A DNA stretch of 64,000 bases, from NCBI GenBank assembly GCA_951406725.2, contig OX597830.1:28396001-28460000 (forward strand), given 5' to 3'. Numbering within the stretch: the stretch's first letter is position 1; the number at the start of each line of letters is the position of its first letter. The stretch comes from Octopus vulgaris. Lineage: Eukaryota. This document shows positions 1 through 15,120 of the stretch, in pieces. The notes beneath the pieces are model-generated. The model was given only the letters and a program-made list of their open reading frames with translations. It was not told the DNA's origin and did not search any database. A program made the position numbers and the translations under genes.

Positions 1-32
1 CACACACACACGCGTACACACGCACATGCGTG

Positions 33-86
<54 letters not shown>

Positions 87-762
87 CATAAATATTTATA
101 TACATTATTGAAATAACATCAATTATTGAGATATCACGTATAGGACGTCTTATATAATATACTCAGTTATAGCTTTTGTTTATCGCATTAGAAGAAATGG
201 TTCATGATTACAAGACTGCTCTTGTGGACTCTAGTTGCTATGGAAACGTGTCATGGCGCCATAATGTCAAATCTGAACAGCATCGCTATATAAAAATACA
301 GAAAGTACGTGAAGGCTATTTGGGAAGCTTGAACACTTCAACATATTTCATCTCCACACACACAGACACACAGACACACACAGACACGCAAAGACACAGA
401 CACGGGCAATACACACACATACACATACACACAAACACGAGCACATACATATACATTTAAGCTCACATAGGCACATACATATACACAAGCAATACATGCA
501 TTGTATACAAACACACGAGCACGCTCACACATTCGGATACGTATATATACAAATGCACACGTACATATCTGCATGTGCGCTTGTGGATATCCATACGGTC
601 CTTTTATAACGTAGCTTCACTTCATTTTACGCATAGATGCGAGTAATTGACACAAATTAAAATGTATGTGTTCGAATTTAACTCATGCTAATAACATATA
701 GGTATATTTTATCAATAATATCGAAGTACGCATATGTGTACATGTAAGTAATTATCATGGAC

Positions 763-824
<62 letters not shown>

Positions 825-828
825 ATAA

Positions 829-896
<68 letters not shown>

Positions 897-1026
897 GAAG
901 AAACACACGAGTTGATATATATGGAAAACTTAAAGTTGAAAAAATCTCAATGACTGTAACCGGTACTGAAATGTCTTTTATAAAATTATTTTAGCATTTT
1001 CTATCTTGACTTTTTCCCATATATAT

Positions 1027-1115
<89 letters not shown>

Positions 1116-1683
1116 CATATATATGCAATATATATATATATATATGTATATATCAGGAACGAAATGAAAAAATAATTAAAATAAGTTTAACTTCTTAGTT
1201 ATGCGGAGAATGATTAAATTTTAAGTAGTTATATATAGAGGAAAAATCTAAATATCACATAACGATGCTGTTTACATAATTACTTATAACATTATAACAA
1301 GTAGTGTTTGGAATTGAAATGATATCTATATACGTAATTTATAGATGAGCTTGGTATATATAATTCATATGAACATATAACAAATATAATACAGGTGGAA
1401 GAGTAATAAAGAAAAAAAATGAAGCACAGTTTGTTCGGACATATTTGTATCGAACAAATTTTATATACACGTTTCTGCTTTGCAGAAGTTTTCATTTCGT
1501 AGTAGTACACAAAAATCATTTATAACTGACCTTGGTTCGGTTTTAATGATTTTATGTAGATTTTCTTTATTTCAAGTCACCTGCATTTTAAATCCAGTGC
1601 AACGATGACGTGCACTTCTCGAAGGTTTGCAATGCTATTTTGGTTCACATGCTAATTCAGAGCAGTATTCTTATATGTATACA

Positions 1684-1716
<33 letters not shown>

Positions 1717-1747
1717 GCATACGCACACACACAAACACACACATATA

Positions 1748-2720
1748 TAGTGGGTCACCAGAAAAATAATGCGTTTTTATAATTCTTTTATGTTTCGAAA
1801 TTAAGATAAACAAAGTTCTTATTTAATCTAAAACATGCATTCCTTCAATTTGTACTATGCTCTTCTATCTATGCGGCAGACTTGTAAAGCCTCTCTTTCA
1901 AACTTCAGTTGTCCATGACAAAATATACTCCTCCCGTACTGTTCTGACCTGGTTCAAAGTGGGCAATATCTTTCATATCCCACCAAACAGGTAACCTTCT
2001 TTAGCCTGGCATGCCAATGTTTTTCTTTTCTCTACCCACTGATTCGGCGCTTAACATTTTCATAGAGAACCCATTTCTCGTCACCAATCACTATTCAGTC
2101 CGAAACAGTTTCATTCGTGGGACGTGACAGAATAGAAGAGCACAAATTCACTATCTGCGTGCGATTAGATTGGGAAAGTTTGTGAGGAACCCAGTGACCC
2201 AATTTGTTGATTCTTCCAATGACCTGCAGGTGTCGGTGTATAGATGAATGAGCAAATCGGAGTTTCTCTGCTAGCTCCTAAGCTGTTACAATAGGATTTT
2301 GTTCCACCAGGGTTTGCGGGACGTCCTCATCGGGCTTTATATTTCTTCCAAGACGAGGCTCGTCATATAGGCTGTAATTTTCAGCTCTGAATTTCTGGAA
2401 CCACGTTGACACTGGCTTACGCTTATTGTCCGAGCCCCATCGATTGCATTGTTATATCTAGTACTTTCCGTTGGGATGTTGCCTTTATTGAACTCATACA
2501 GCAAAATATGCCGAATATGCTCCTTTGTCACTTCGTTTATAGCTTTGAAAAAATAACTTTTAAAAACTGAACTCTTCAAAACTTGCACTAAAAGTAAGTA
2601 CCAGGTAAAATTACTATCTGCTTTTATAGTAAGTTGATGCAGGTAATTTATCCCGTCCCCCTCCGACTTTTAGTTCATGCAATTGAAAAGAAAACACATT
2701 ATTTATGGGATGACCCAATA
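1748..2720 (-). mobile_element. Mariner (Mos1-like) transposon, internally deleted and defective
   Basis: Imperfect ~30-bp TIRs (tagtgggtcaccagaaaaataatgcgtttt / aaaacacattatttatgggatgacccaata) in a TA context. The minus strand translates to KEHIRHILLYEFNKGN (HTH), DEPRLGR, WVPHKL and IVIGDEKWVLY, with stops and frameshifts. The central catalytic region is missing. Confidence 0.92.
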
Positions 2721-4392
2721 TATTTACATACATATACTTCACGTGTACAGATACAAATATCTATCCGGTAATGTGCTAAAATATATAAATACACACATGC
2801 ATATACACACGTATATATAATTTATACATTGATACATATTTCTAGCTATATACATTCTGTCTAACGTATACATATATACACATATATATACATACTTCCA
2901 GTTATCCATATAGGAGAAAGTAGCTGTCGAACTACATACATTCGAAAATAGTCTACAAGAAGGATATTGGTATAAATATATTGACAGCTATATTTCTGCT
3001 TCTTTCTTGTTGGGCTAGCTTTTGGTATTTCTTATAATTTAGTTAGAAATTGAATTAGTATAACTGATTGAAGGAACATTCTGCGTATATAGTTAGCGTA
3101 GTGAGTTAACAAAAAATATAATGTATTGAGTTTTGATTTGTATCTGTTAATTAAATGCATTTCTTAATTGTTTCGTTGCTGCTTTGACATTGAGTCACAG
3201 CACTTGTAGGAAGAGAAGACAGAATATTTGCGTAATACCTGTTTTCCACCATCATCTGAATATGCACTGAGAGGTAATTTTCTTGCTTATATATCACTGA
3301 TCTGTTGTCGGTGTGCTGTTATTCGTTTTCTTAGCGGCATATCTCTTTGTCCAATATATTGTTCTCGGCAACCTTTACCTGTTATAATGTAGATTATGTC
3401 ATCCGATTTGCAGCCGAAGTTGTTCGTAATTTTGAAGGTAAGGACCCATTTGAAGTGAAATTCATGACCTACCTATTTCAATTTACGTTCTCCAGGAGTT
3501 TAGCCGATTACATTTACTTCCTTTAAAGTCAAATGTACTTAAAACTGTACAAAAGTTACTTAACAGTAAATTTTTTAAAAGTTACTTAAAACTGTAAGTT
3601 TTCAATGAGCGCGCATGCACACAACTCTATACACACACACGCACTGGCACGAACGCACACAAACACACATATATGCTGCTCAATTAATAAGACAGTGATT
3701 GTGAAAGAATCCACACACATATTCGGAATAAATATAACATGAAACATGAACATAAGTCTCCTTCTCAAAATTAGTTGAGCAGGTCTTGATTTTATTCTGA
3801 AGAAAGGTAGAGAGGGAGAAATAGAGAGAAAGAGAGAGAGAGATAGAGAGATAGAGTGAGAGTCATGTTGTGTACTCGAGTACATCGTGTTCTCGCCACG
3901 TCCTCAAGCTTTGTGCATGTTATTGAAGTACATGTTATTGAACGTGTACTTGTGAAATTATTTACAATTTATGTTCAGACATATTTTTATTTTTAGCGAT
4001 GCTACCAGCAAATGTTAGGAAGTAACAATAAGTAAACTTGTCGCCAGTTACGTATCGTATTATAAAAATAAGAACCAATCTCTTGTTTTCAGGTTCCCTG
4101 AGACAAAAACCTCACAAATTACAGCAAGAAAAGACCAGCAGTAGACAGTCAGAACTAATGGAAATATTCACTATGCATTTCAACATAGGAATTCTTATAC
4201 ACAAACGTGGAAATTTGTATTATTATCTAAAATAAATGTGAATGATTCACAATTTACATATACACACACTCTCATACATACAAACATACACAAACACATA
4301 TGTGTTAGTACATATCTCTGCCTGCCTCTCCACATACATACACACATATGCATAGACATGTAGATAGACATATTACGCGCATTCATACATAC

Positions 4393-4460
<68 letters not shown>

Positions 4461-4570
4461 CATATATATATATAGATATAGATATATACATATATACATG
4501 TATATAAATATATGTGTATATATATATAAATTTATATATATATATATATATATAGATATATACATATATA

Positions 4571-4613
<43 letters not shown>

Positions 4614-5819
4614 GGTATATATATAATATATACATACACACATACACAGCATATATTTAATTACGGATGCGTATACCTATATATATCTAAAAGTATACAC
4701 GCACACAATATATGTCATTGGATATGAGTGTGTATCTCATACGAATCTCTATTGAAGCAGATAAGTAAGAACAAAATGATACTGAGATTGTGTGCAGCAA
4801 TGTAAGTGGCTATCATTTAAAATGTCAGCGATATATGTTTGTTCGCTCATCATACAGTATTACATATATGCGTGTGTTTTTGTGTATACATACATACATA
4901 CGTGTATATATATACAAGTATATATATATATATATACAAATATATATATATATAAATATATATATTTATAGGTATGTATACAGGCAGTTAAAAAGAATTT
5001 TCACTACTCCTCTATAGCTAACAGTAGCACGCGATTCATATTGAAAACTGATTTTGCATTGATGATTCATATAAGAATGAAAAATCAAAGACAATTGGGT
5101 GAATATCGAAAAAATAATACTAAAGCTAACATAGATATTATTCATAATATTTGATCCATTCTAAGTGGATATAAGTAAGGAATCGTAGGAGTGGCCACAT
5201 GCAATACAGTTTGCTTTTCTATAGCTTAGATAACGCATCATTTGTGTGCACTATAATAGTATTTGTACAAGCAGCGTTGTTCTGATCTGTAAAGAGAGTG
5301 TGAAAATGGTAAGAAGTAACTGAGAGATAGAAGAAACCTCACTTTCTGTATTCGCAGGACAATCTTTCACAGCTTGCTTCAGTCCAAAAGTGAATCATAT
5401 ATCTACATACATACGTTATATATATATATATATATATATACATACGCATACACACTTATATATTGTATATATGTTTACGTATGTGTGTTTGTATATATGT
5501 TTGCAAAACGCATGCAAACGAACACATTTCTATGAAATATGGCTTGAAATGGAAAATTAGGAAAAACATGTTTATTTCACCGGTTTCTATAATGATTATC
5601 CAGTATATGTACAGAGATGTCAGATTTATGTAGTAAATAGGAAAAAACGAACTGTTGCAAAAAAAAAAAAAAAAATAACAATAACGAAATCGAAAATGGC
5701 GTTTATTCTTGACGTAGCTACCAATGAAATGTTCATTAACTCCGTCCTATTTTTCTTCAGACTTTGAACTTTTGTATGTGTACATACATACATACATACA
5801 TACATACATACATGCATAC

Positions 5820-5852
<33 letters not shown>

Positions 5853-5853
<1 letters not shown>

Positions 5854-5997
5854 TTAGTTCAAATTTACAGAAAAGAAAATACGAAAATAGGTGTAGGAAC
5901 ATCAAGCAGGTATATTAGTTTAACGCTCGGGAAAAATGGTAAAGTGTTTCACGTTTCGAGCCTACGCTCTTCCACAGAAAAGGTTAAGAGGTAACAA
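5853..5997 (-). mobile_element. Short Penelope-pLTR-like element with hammerhead-like motif (family A)
   Basis: The minus strand at 5977-5951 reads CTGTGGA-A-GAGC-GTAG-GCTC-GAAACGT. The 3' end abuts (TA)n. Homologous to 20532-20775. Confidence 0.6.
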
Positions 5998-6749
5998 AAT
6001 GTATGTATGTATGTATGTATGTATGTATTTATGCATTAGTGTTTATAGTTATGTTATTATAAAAATACTTTTACATTACGTTGAATAATTACTCAATGCC
6101 TTTGATTCAGTAAATTTTATACAAGTATAGTATCTGGGGTGACTCCAACATTTCGGTCAAAGCTATCATCAGAATGACTTAACTGTCTGAAACTTTGAAG
6201 TCACTTTCTAAAGTATTGTTAAAGAATAAGTCATATACTTATATACTGTATCTCTTAATTTTTCAATATTTCTTCGTTTGTAATTCCTCACGTATGTCAG
6301 TGGTTCCTCTAAGAATGATGTGTTTCGCGTGGAACCATTGTCCAGAGACGTCGTATTTCGTGTTCTGTGGAGTTCACTTTTAGTGTTGACACATCTCTCG
6401 TCATGGCCGTAAGCTTTCGTCGTTTATTCGACGTTGTTTTTCAAAGTGGTCCATGCCAATCTTGATACTACGCAACGTTGTTCTATCTTCTGCGAGCTAT
6501 ACCCAGCACAATGCCGATGCTTTTTATCGGCTGTTTTAGTTAATATTAGAAATTCGTCGCATGAGGCAGCCGTGAGTGTGTTGAAATTGCTGTAGATAAT
6601 TTGACGTAGCAGTTTGGTGCTGTTCATGTGGTGCACACGTCTATTCAACTTACGTGATTTTAAAAAACTAATGATGTAAGACTACTACCGTTCAAAGATT
6701 GCAAGATTGTGTCGACGACAAAGCTGATCCTTTGAAATTCAGGTATAGT

Positions 6750-6880
6750 CATTTTTGCCAGTTGAGTGAACTGAAGCAACGTGAAACAAAGTGTCTTGCT
6801 CAAGGACACAATGCGTCGCTGGACATCGAACTCACTATCGTACAATCGTGAGTCCAATTTCCTAAGAACTAAGCCACGTG
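6750..6880 (-). mobile_element. Degenerate tRNA-derived CORE-like SINE
   Basis: The reverse complement matches the head and core of the 15117/20897 SINEs (gtgtccttgagcaagacactttgtttcacgttgcttcagttcactcaactg). Confidence 0.75.
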
Positions 6881-6938
6881 AATTCGAGCCTCGCTGAAAT
6901 CTCCATACACAAACACACACACGGACGCACGCGCGCAC

Positions 6939-6969
<31 letters not shown>

Positions 6970-7039
6970 GAGAGAGAGAGAGAGGCACACACATGCACAC
7001 ACAGACACACACAATTATATTATCCGTCTTTTAAAATTC

Positions 7040-7252
7040 TATTGTTTCAGACATTTGATTGTAACCTTGCAAGAGCACCGCCTTTATTCTAAAAAAAAAA
7101 AAATCGACGCCGAGACATATTCTTTGTAGGCTCAGTACTTATCTTATCTATATCTTTTGCCGAACCACTAGGTTATGGCGTTCTAAACACCACAACATTG
7201 GCCGTCAAATGATGGTGGGAGGACAAACACAGAGTCACAAATACATACACAC

Positions 7253-7301
<49 letters not shown>

Positions 7302-7518
7302 AACACACACACACACACATATATATATATATTAATATATATATATATATATATTAACGTGTTTCTTTCCGTTTCCGTCTACCAAATATCCTCACAAGGA
7401 TTTTGGTCAGCCCGAGGCTATATTAGAATACTCTTGCCCAAGGTGCCAAGCAGTGGGTCTGAACCCGGAACCATTTGGTTGGAAGCATGCTTCCTACCAC
7501 AAACCCACTCCTGCGCCT
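7040..7518 (-). mobile_element. tRNA-derived SINE with internal (TG)/(TA) microsatellite and LINE-like tail
   Basis: Head aggcgcaggagtgg...ccgggttcagacccac, CORE-like ggcaccttgggcaag, and tail ggcggtgctc.... The tail half is homologous to 37130-37370 and the head to 15586-15700. Confidence 0.75.
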
Positions 7519-7807
7519 ATATATATATTCAAACACACGTACACACATATATACAGTAGACGCCCACACGTGAATATACATTTGAGCGCGTACGCCAGCG
7601 GTCATGCTAGTTTGTGCAGGTTACAAGGAATAATAATTCAATAGATATGAACGCTGAAGAACAATGCACTCCAAACTCAATGGGCGCCCTTAGAAATCCA
7701 TGTTCCCATAAGTAGAAACGTGAAGATAAATACTTATAAAGCAAAAATATACTGGGAATATTGCATAGCCAACTAAATTAATACTGCTACAGAAAGAAGA
7801 ACAAAAA

Positions 7808-8061
<254 letters not shown>

Positions 8062-8081
8062 ATATATATATACACACACAA

Positions 8082-8144
<63 letters not shown>

Positions 8145-8573
8145 GTGTGTGTGTGTGCTGTCTCCCTGTCTGTCAGTCTTTCTGTTACTCTGTCTGTACC
8201 CGTGTATATTGATAGTGAAATCATGATAAAATGTCCTTGTAATGCGTGCGTATCTCATTTCCAAGCACGTTTCTACGGTATCAACAGGTATTCTCACCTC
8301 GGAGTTTATCTGGCCTTCATGTACTTTATGTAGATTAATCCATGAGGAAAACATTGTCTGTTTGGGAGGGAACGGGAAATGGATAATGGCGTCGAAGTAA
8401 TGATACGAGCCAAAGAGTTGCTTTTCCAGCCAAAGATGTTTTATGTATGTGGTGTACGTGTGTGTGAGTCTGTCTATGTGAAGAAGCGCTTTTATTTTTA
8501 GATTTCAATATACACATGCAAAATATATTCATATAAGCATACGCACATGAGTGATTTTGCGTATATGTATATG

Positions 8574-8605
<32 letters not shown>

Positions 8606-8784
8606 TTATATATTATATATATATATATGCATATATATGTATATAAGCATATATGCGCATATGCGTATATATTGTTCGTATTGCGTATATATATATATAT
8701 ATGTATATATGCATACACACATATATATATTTATATGTATGTATATATACATATATATGTATGCATATATATATATATATATGC

Positions 8785-8819
<35 letters not shown>

Positions 8820-9563
8820 GCATGTGTGTATATTTGTGGCTTGGTGTCAGTATATATTTAGACTATACACAAACACACAAATATATATGTGTGTGTGTGT
8901 GTGTGTATGAGTACTCCTGTGCGTGTGTGATTGTATCGAGAGATAGATAGATTTAAATAGATAGATACATAAAAACACTTGTACACAATCACATAAGCAT
9001 AGACGTATGTACTTGCGCAGGCATGCTGTCGCGCCCTACATTCTATAGTACAGTACATACTTTTACACATACACACACACATAGGCCTCCGTGCGTACGC
9101 ACAGAGTTGTTACACAGATGCGAGTGTGAATGTGAGCGTGTGGGGTGACATGTTACTTACATCTGCATATATATATATATATATATATATACATATGTGT
9201 GTTTGTGTGCGTGTGTATGTTAAATGGAGGAAGACAAGAGAGTCAGCATATTTTAAACATAACGCTAAAAAGCAAATGAACAGTCGCACAAAGAACACCA
9301 ACAAAAACAGAAGAAAAACGTCTCACAATGCGCTACTTTGAGATTTGAGAGAACTATAAAATTAGCAGTCGTTAAATTGCTCCAGATTCCACGTGACATT
9401 AATCTAAATTAGTATCTACACGCCCAGTTAAGAGATGTCATTTAATATACTTGCCGCCTGTCGTTTGTTCTGTTTTTGAAATAGTTCTTAGAAACAGGCT
9501 AAAATGTGTCTTGTGTCTTACACAATGAAGTCACCATAGTTCTTGTATGTACATGGTATAGAG

Positions 9564-9564
9564 C

Positions 9565-9595
<31 letters not shown>

Positions 9596-9807
9596 GTCTT
9601 CGTCATCTTAATAATTGTCGTCGTCATAGCCATTCTCATTCATTTATCATAATCATCGTCGTCGTCGTCGTCGTTGTCGTCGTTGTCGTCGTCGTCGTTG
9701 TCATCGACATCATCATCACTATCGACATTGAGGTCTATACTCTTGTTGCTGTCTTCATCGTCATGATCATCATGTCGCCGTTGTAGCCGTCTTCAAAATT
9801 GCCATTC

Positions 9808-9851
<44 letters not shown>

Positions 9852-9892
9852 AATCATAATCATCATCGTCGTCGTCATCAACATCATCATCG

Positions 9893-9954
<62 letters not shown>

Positions 9955-9975
9955 GTCGTTGTCGTTCTTCATCGT
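9564..9975. repeat. Compound trinucleotide array (ATC/GTC/GTT)n
   Basis: Read directly. Confidence 0.95.
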
Positions 9976-10649
9976 CTTGCTTGTCGGTTGTTATGATTGC
10001 ATCTCTACTGTCCGTGTAACGACGAAACCACGTAACACAAGAACCAGAGTAATTAAGTAGGAAATACATTCATTGCTTCTCGTTACGAAATAAATATTTC
10101 TAGTTCGAATCTACCTCACTCTTATACAATTAATGATGAATTCTTCGACCATCGCGATGATGAAAAATCTGTTGTTTGGCCAACTTATTCTGAAGGTCAT
10201 TCTCACTGACCACTGGATTCTGTCAGAGTTTTGGTCCTCTAACTTATGGCACAATGTGCCAATTATATACTTTCGTCTGTTACAAGGAATTATATAATGA
10301 AATTATATAATGACTCCTTTAATCCGTTGAATGCAGAACGTGGATGCACCTGCTGGAAATTGTAGAAAACGGTATCGTACCTTGTAACATATTTTAAAAA
10401 GACAATGTTTCACATTTTGTTAATTGTTTTCTTACTTATTTCATCAAACTTCACTTCACAGAGCAAGATTGACATATTCTAGCGATGTATATGAACACAA
10501 TATCTGCAGAAGATACTGAAAATATTATTGCAGAAGCAGAAAATATAAATTCTATATTTTTAGAGGATAAAAGGCATGATTACAGGAATAATCAGGAAAT
10601 GTATTTGGGCGGTATAAGGTTTAATAAAGTTACTCTATAAATTAATTCT

Positions 10650-11086
10650 TTTTTAAAGTTTCTGCTCAGAGCTGTGGCCGTGCTGATGCACCGCCGTTTT
10701 GCGCTACACTGTTATTACTAGGAGCCTCCTCTAATATGTGGCACTTGATGAAGAATGGAGTTTGATATAGCTACCCTCATTTGCATCACTTGTCGTGAGG
10801 TAGGCTCATCTGCGACTCTCGACAAGAAGAGGTCCAGCTTTGATTTAAAAAACCCTACATCTACTTTGTGCAGGTTCCTCGGACTCTTTGGGAGAATAGT
10901 AAAAAGCTGTGGGTCCTTGAAACCCAGGCTGTTGCAGTAACTGGTCCTGAAGCGTGATGGCATTGCTGGCATCTTTGGCACTATGCAGTGTCGTCCCGTT
11001 CTGGCATTGGTGTAGCTTTCAGTGCCAACATTTGACACAATTCCTTCCAGGATCTTCCAGATATATATTACTGCATACCTTTCCCT
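10650..11086 (-). mobile_element. 5'-truncated LINE 3' end (CR1/L2-like ORF2 C-terminus plus stem-loop tail)
   Basis: The minus strand gives RERYAVIYIWKILEG, then NSLGFKDPQLFTILPK...FKSKLDLFLSRVADEP (ORF 10718-11038), then the tail ggcggtgcatcagcacggccacagctctgagcagaaac. Confidence 0.85.
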
Positions 11087-11416
11087 ATATGTATATAAAT
11101 TTCATAAAGAATAAAACATTCAGCTATAAACCACATATTTTTTACATGCTTCTATAGTCATTACAGACATAGACACATTAATGTTCCCTCCATCTTGATC
11201 CAAATGTACATCCATGATATGAGAGAAGGGTGCTGCTGCAGAACCCTACTGCTTCTCAATTGAGTGGACCGGGGTAACGTAGAAAGATATACATCACTAC
11301 AAGAGCAGAACGTACACCATGGTCCCGGAAGTAAATTAATGACCTCATGGTCATGAATACCCTAATCACTCAACTATGCGCATTGGGAATTTCTGTATAA
11401 TAACATTTATAACTGT

Positions 11417-11692
11417 AGCGAGGAAGGTGTTTATAAGCCATTTAAGAAACACACAAAAACCGTTAGATTCACTTCAACATTTAAATCTAATTTTCCGAAA
11501 TATTTTCGTCGCTTTGAGACCACGACGAAAATATTTCGGAAAATTAAATTTAAATGTTGAAGTGAATCTAACGGTTTTTGTGTGTTTCTTAAATGGCTTA
11601 CAAACACCTTCCTCGCTGCGATTGTTTTCGCTCCAGCACACGATCTCAGATCAAGTTACTCGCTATGCAAGTACATCTCAGTAATTCCAAAA
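11417..11692. mobile_element. Foldback/palindromic insertion flanked by a 15-bp direct repeat
   Basis: Near-perfect ~95-bp inverted arms around the loop ctttgagacca, plus ~70 bp extra on the right. aacatttataactgt occurs at both 11402-11416 and 11693-11707. Confidence 0.85.
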
Positions 11693-12092
11693 AACATTTA
11701 TAACTGTTAACTGCAATATGTTTATCTGAAAATGTTAACTGCAATCTTTCAGTGTTCCAATACATGTTCTACGTATTCTACGAAGGTTGTACATTATACA
11801 ATAAGCGCGTTTTTCTCTCTTTCTTTATCGTCACTAGCATGAGGATGGTCGGTGGATTATTGGAATCGCAAGTGCGTTGGGAAAAATGCTTTCCAGACAT
11901 TCGACTCTTTGTATTATGAATTCATATCCAACCGTTTTCAAATTTATTTTTACAGTTTCATGATTTCTAAATAAAGGGCCTACTTTATTATGTAATCATC
12001 TGTTTCCTCTTTACAGAATTTTTGGACTTTGTACCTATTGTGAGTAAGCAGTGATAATTTCAACTGCAATATTTGGTTTGCCATAGAGATAC

Positions 12093-12415
12093 AGGTACTT
12101 ACTTTATTTATGCCCATCATTTCCTGTGGAGGCCTCCAACGACATTTTTTCGATGTTCTCGCTCATGAGCTGTTTTTTCTTGATGGAGGGCCCGGTCTTG
12201 TTGAGTTTGAATTGTCATTGACGCTTCTGTAACTTTCAGTTTTTTCTAGATAGTTGTATTATTCATACGCAAACGCATATTCACCCCAGGCCCGCGTTAG
12301 CCTGGCCTCTGTGCTTTGACCTGTTCAGCATCGGAGACTGTACTATAGGTTTGCTCCTTCCCAGCTTTTCTCTTGGCATCATAAGGCACACAAACCGTCA
12401 CAGTGTAACATAGAT
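12093..12415 (-). mobile_element. Probable RTE-derived non-autonomous element (5'UTR plus 3' tail)
   Basis: The minus strand starts ggtttgtgtgccttatgatgccaagag...gaacaggtcaaagcacagaggccaggctaa (RTE 5'UTR-like) and ends gttggaggcctccacagg...aagtaagta (RTE tail-like). Recognised from memory of RTE consensus ends. Confidence 0.5.
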
Positions 12416-13732
12416 TGAACCTTGTGATGTAGATATATGTGTAAGTACATCAATATTCATTTGAATACTAAATTTACTACTCTATGCGCAAGATGATCGA
12501 AATTCTGTTTTCTGATTCCGATTAACTCTGCATGCATGTAATAACTTATATACTAATTCATCTTGCATATATTGATTTATGGTCAGTTAGATACTACATT
12601 ATACAATGAAAGAATACGGAATAAAAAATGTAGTCTATACACAGTTACTCTCTCTTACTTTCTCACTCTCTCCCTACTTAACCACTCTCGCCCCTCTCTC
12701 TCTCTCTCTCTCTCTCTGCTAAATATAGCATCCAAACGTTTCTGAAATCACGCTTATACGATCTAAGACAAAGTACGGGACACATTATATACTATAGTGT
12801 GAGTTACCTTATGCCTCAAAATAAGCCGATGTAACCATAAGTGGAAAGCTCGATCAGAGTTGAATAACAAAAACAATAACGACACCAGTAATTTTTATGG
12901 AATATAAAAAAAAAACTCTGAATAGTGTTGTTGAACTTCCAATAAATAGTTGCCAGTCCTCCCACTTTTTTCACAATACCGTCTTGAAAATTAATTAACA
13001 GTGAATAATATAGTCCTAGCAATAAATTTTTCTGTGGAACGAGAGAGTCACGTTTAGGTTACATTTTATAATATGCCTCCTTGATCAGTGCTGACCGCGA
13101 AAACAACAAATTTTCAGCGATGACTATGGAAGCTCTACATGATCGCTGCACCTGCTCGAATTAACTGCTAAATACCATGTAATCTAAACCCGATCCCCTT
13201 CAGGAAGAAAATTTCTGAAAAAAATTATAACTTTCGAAAAGAAAAAAACAACACAACGTGGAAGTCACGGTTGGAAAGTTTCTGCACACTCAGGGTCAGT
13301 TTATGGTTACGCATGCACACACACACGCACAACACACAGGCTTAGAGAAGAAAGAGGAAGATTGTAGGGAGTCCAACACATAGATGGGTTTGAAAAATAT
13401 GACGTCATTCATGTTCTTCGTGAAAACCATACATAACTGGAAAACAGCTTTATCAGCAATTAGTAAAAATCTACACTGTTCTGTAGGGAAGTCATATTTG
13501 TATTGAATGCATTAAAAAAAAAGATGCCATTTTAAGTGAATTAATAATACGCAATTTCTCAGTAGACTTCGAAAACAAAACAAACCAAAAACACAAGAAA
13601 AAAAGGAAAAGGAAAGAAAAGAAGAGAGGCACTTTTAAAGGAGATCGGTAGGTTGGCCACGCATGTACACAAGAAAATACTTCGAATATTCAACCTTTCA
13701 GTGTAACCTCTATTTGCAATCTTCAAGAATAC

Positions 13733-13777
<45 letters not shown>

Positions 13778-14909
13778 CGATGATGATGGTGATGGTGATG
13801 GTGATAATGATGATGATGATGATGGTGATGGTGGTGGTGGTGGTGGTGGTGGTGGTGATGATGAATTTTAAAAAAAATAATCTATTTACGCAAAATCATC
13901 GTTTGACACATTATTTTTTTCCCCTCTGCCAGAAATTAAATGTTTCTATTCCCACTGTGATCTTTCGGTTTTTACCCAAGACAATATATTAATATATAAA
14001 AACTTGTCATGTGACGAAATTTTTTTTTTCTTTCCCTCTCATCTTCCAACGATACATAAAAGTAATTCATTGTGTTCATTCTGTTAATAGTTTGAACATC
14101 TATGCGTCAGTCTGTCCATGTATGTGTCTAAGCTCGGCGAGAATTACGTATACACGTCTGTGCCTGTGCGCGCGCGTGAGTGTGTGTGTGTGTGTATCTG
14201 CCTTACTATCTATGTGTATGCGTAAACATGTGAGCTATGTTTTAACAATTTCTGTCATGAAATACCGCAGAGCTATTACCACTTGTAAAGACCTGATTTT
14301 AAAACGTGTGATGCTAAATAATTACACAGTTGTTCCCCAAAACGCTACTTTTAATTCACAACACAGCACCAGTCCTGTCTTATTATAACCATTAAACAGA
14401 ACAAAGTTCTTTTCTTTTTCGTGCCCGTAGGTCGACTAATTTCTAAACTAATGACTCTTACATTCTTAGGGTGTGGTCTCTTAAACATATTTTAATTATT
14501 TCGCAGATATTTGTAAATAACCCCTGACATTTCTGCTGGTTACTGTTGCCGTTGTAGTTGTTGCTGTTCTTGTTGTTGTTGTTGTTTTCGCATAGTTATG
14601 GTGGCGCTGTTTTTCGGGTTTATAAATAGCATATTATCTAAAGACATGCGTTCGCAGATTTTGATGTTGCTGCCTCTTGTTCCCAGTTTGGCACTGATGA
14701 AGCAGTTATATAAGATTAAAGGCGTTCTATCATTCTCCTCATGTATATATCTAAGACTACATCATCCACAGGCACTTTATTTTCAATGGAAGTGAGCGGT
14801 ATTTGACTACTGTTTCTCGCAGGTCAAAGCATCCAACAAACCCTTCCTCATATATATATATGTATAAATATGTATGTATATATATATATATACATACATA
14901 CATACATAT

Positions 14910-14940
<31 letters not shown>

Positions 14941-15022
14941 ATATAATATTTTACTATAAAATTGGATTTAACCCTAAATCTGATTTTTCCCTGTAATTTT
15001 GGATTCATTCCCTAATATTTAT

Positions 15023-15116
<94 letters not shown>

Positions 15117-15120
<4 letters not shown>

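Noticed and set aside
10300-10355. Minus-strand acceptor-like site followed by VHPRSAFNGLKESL (LRR-like)
   Set aside because: Very short, hits a stop within a few codons, and has no donor site or partner exons.
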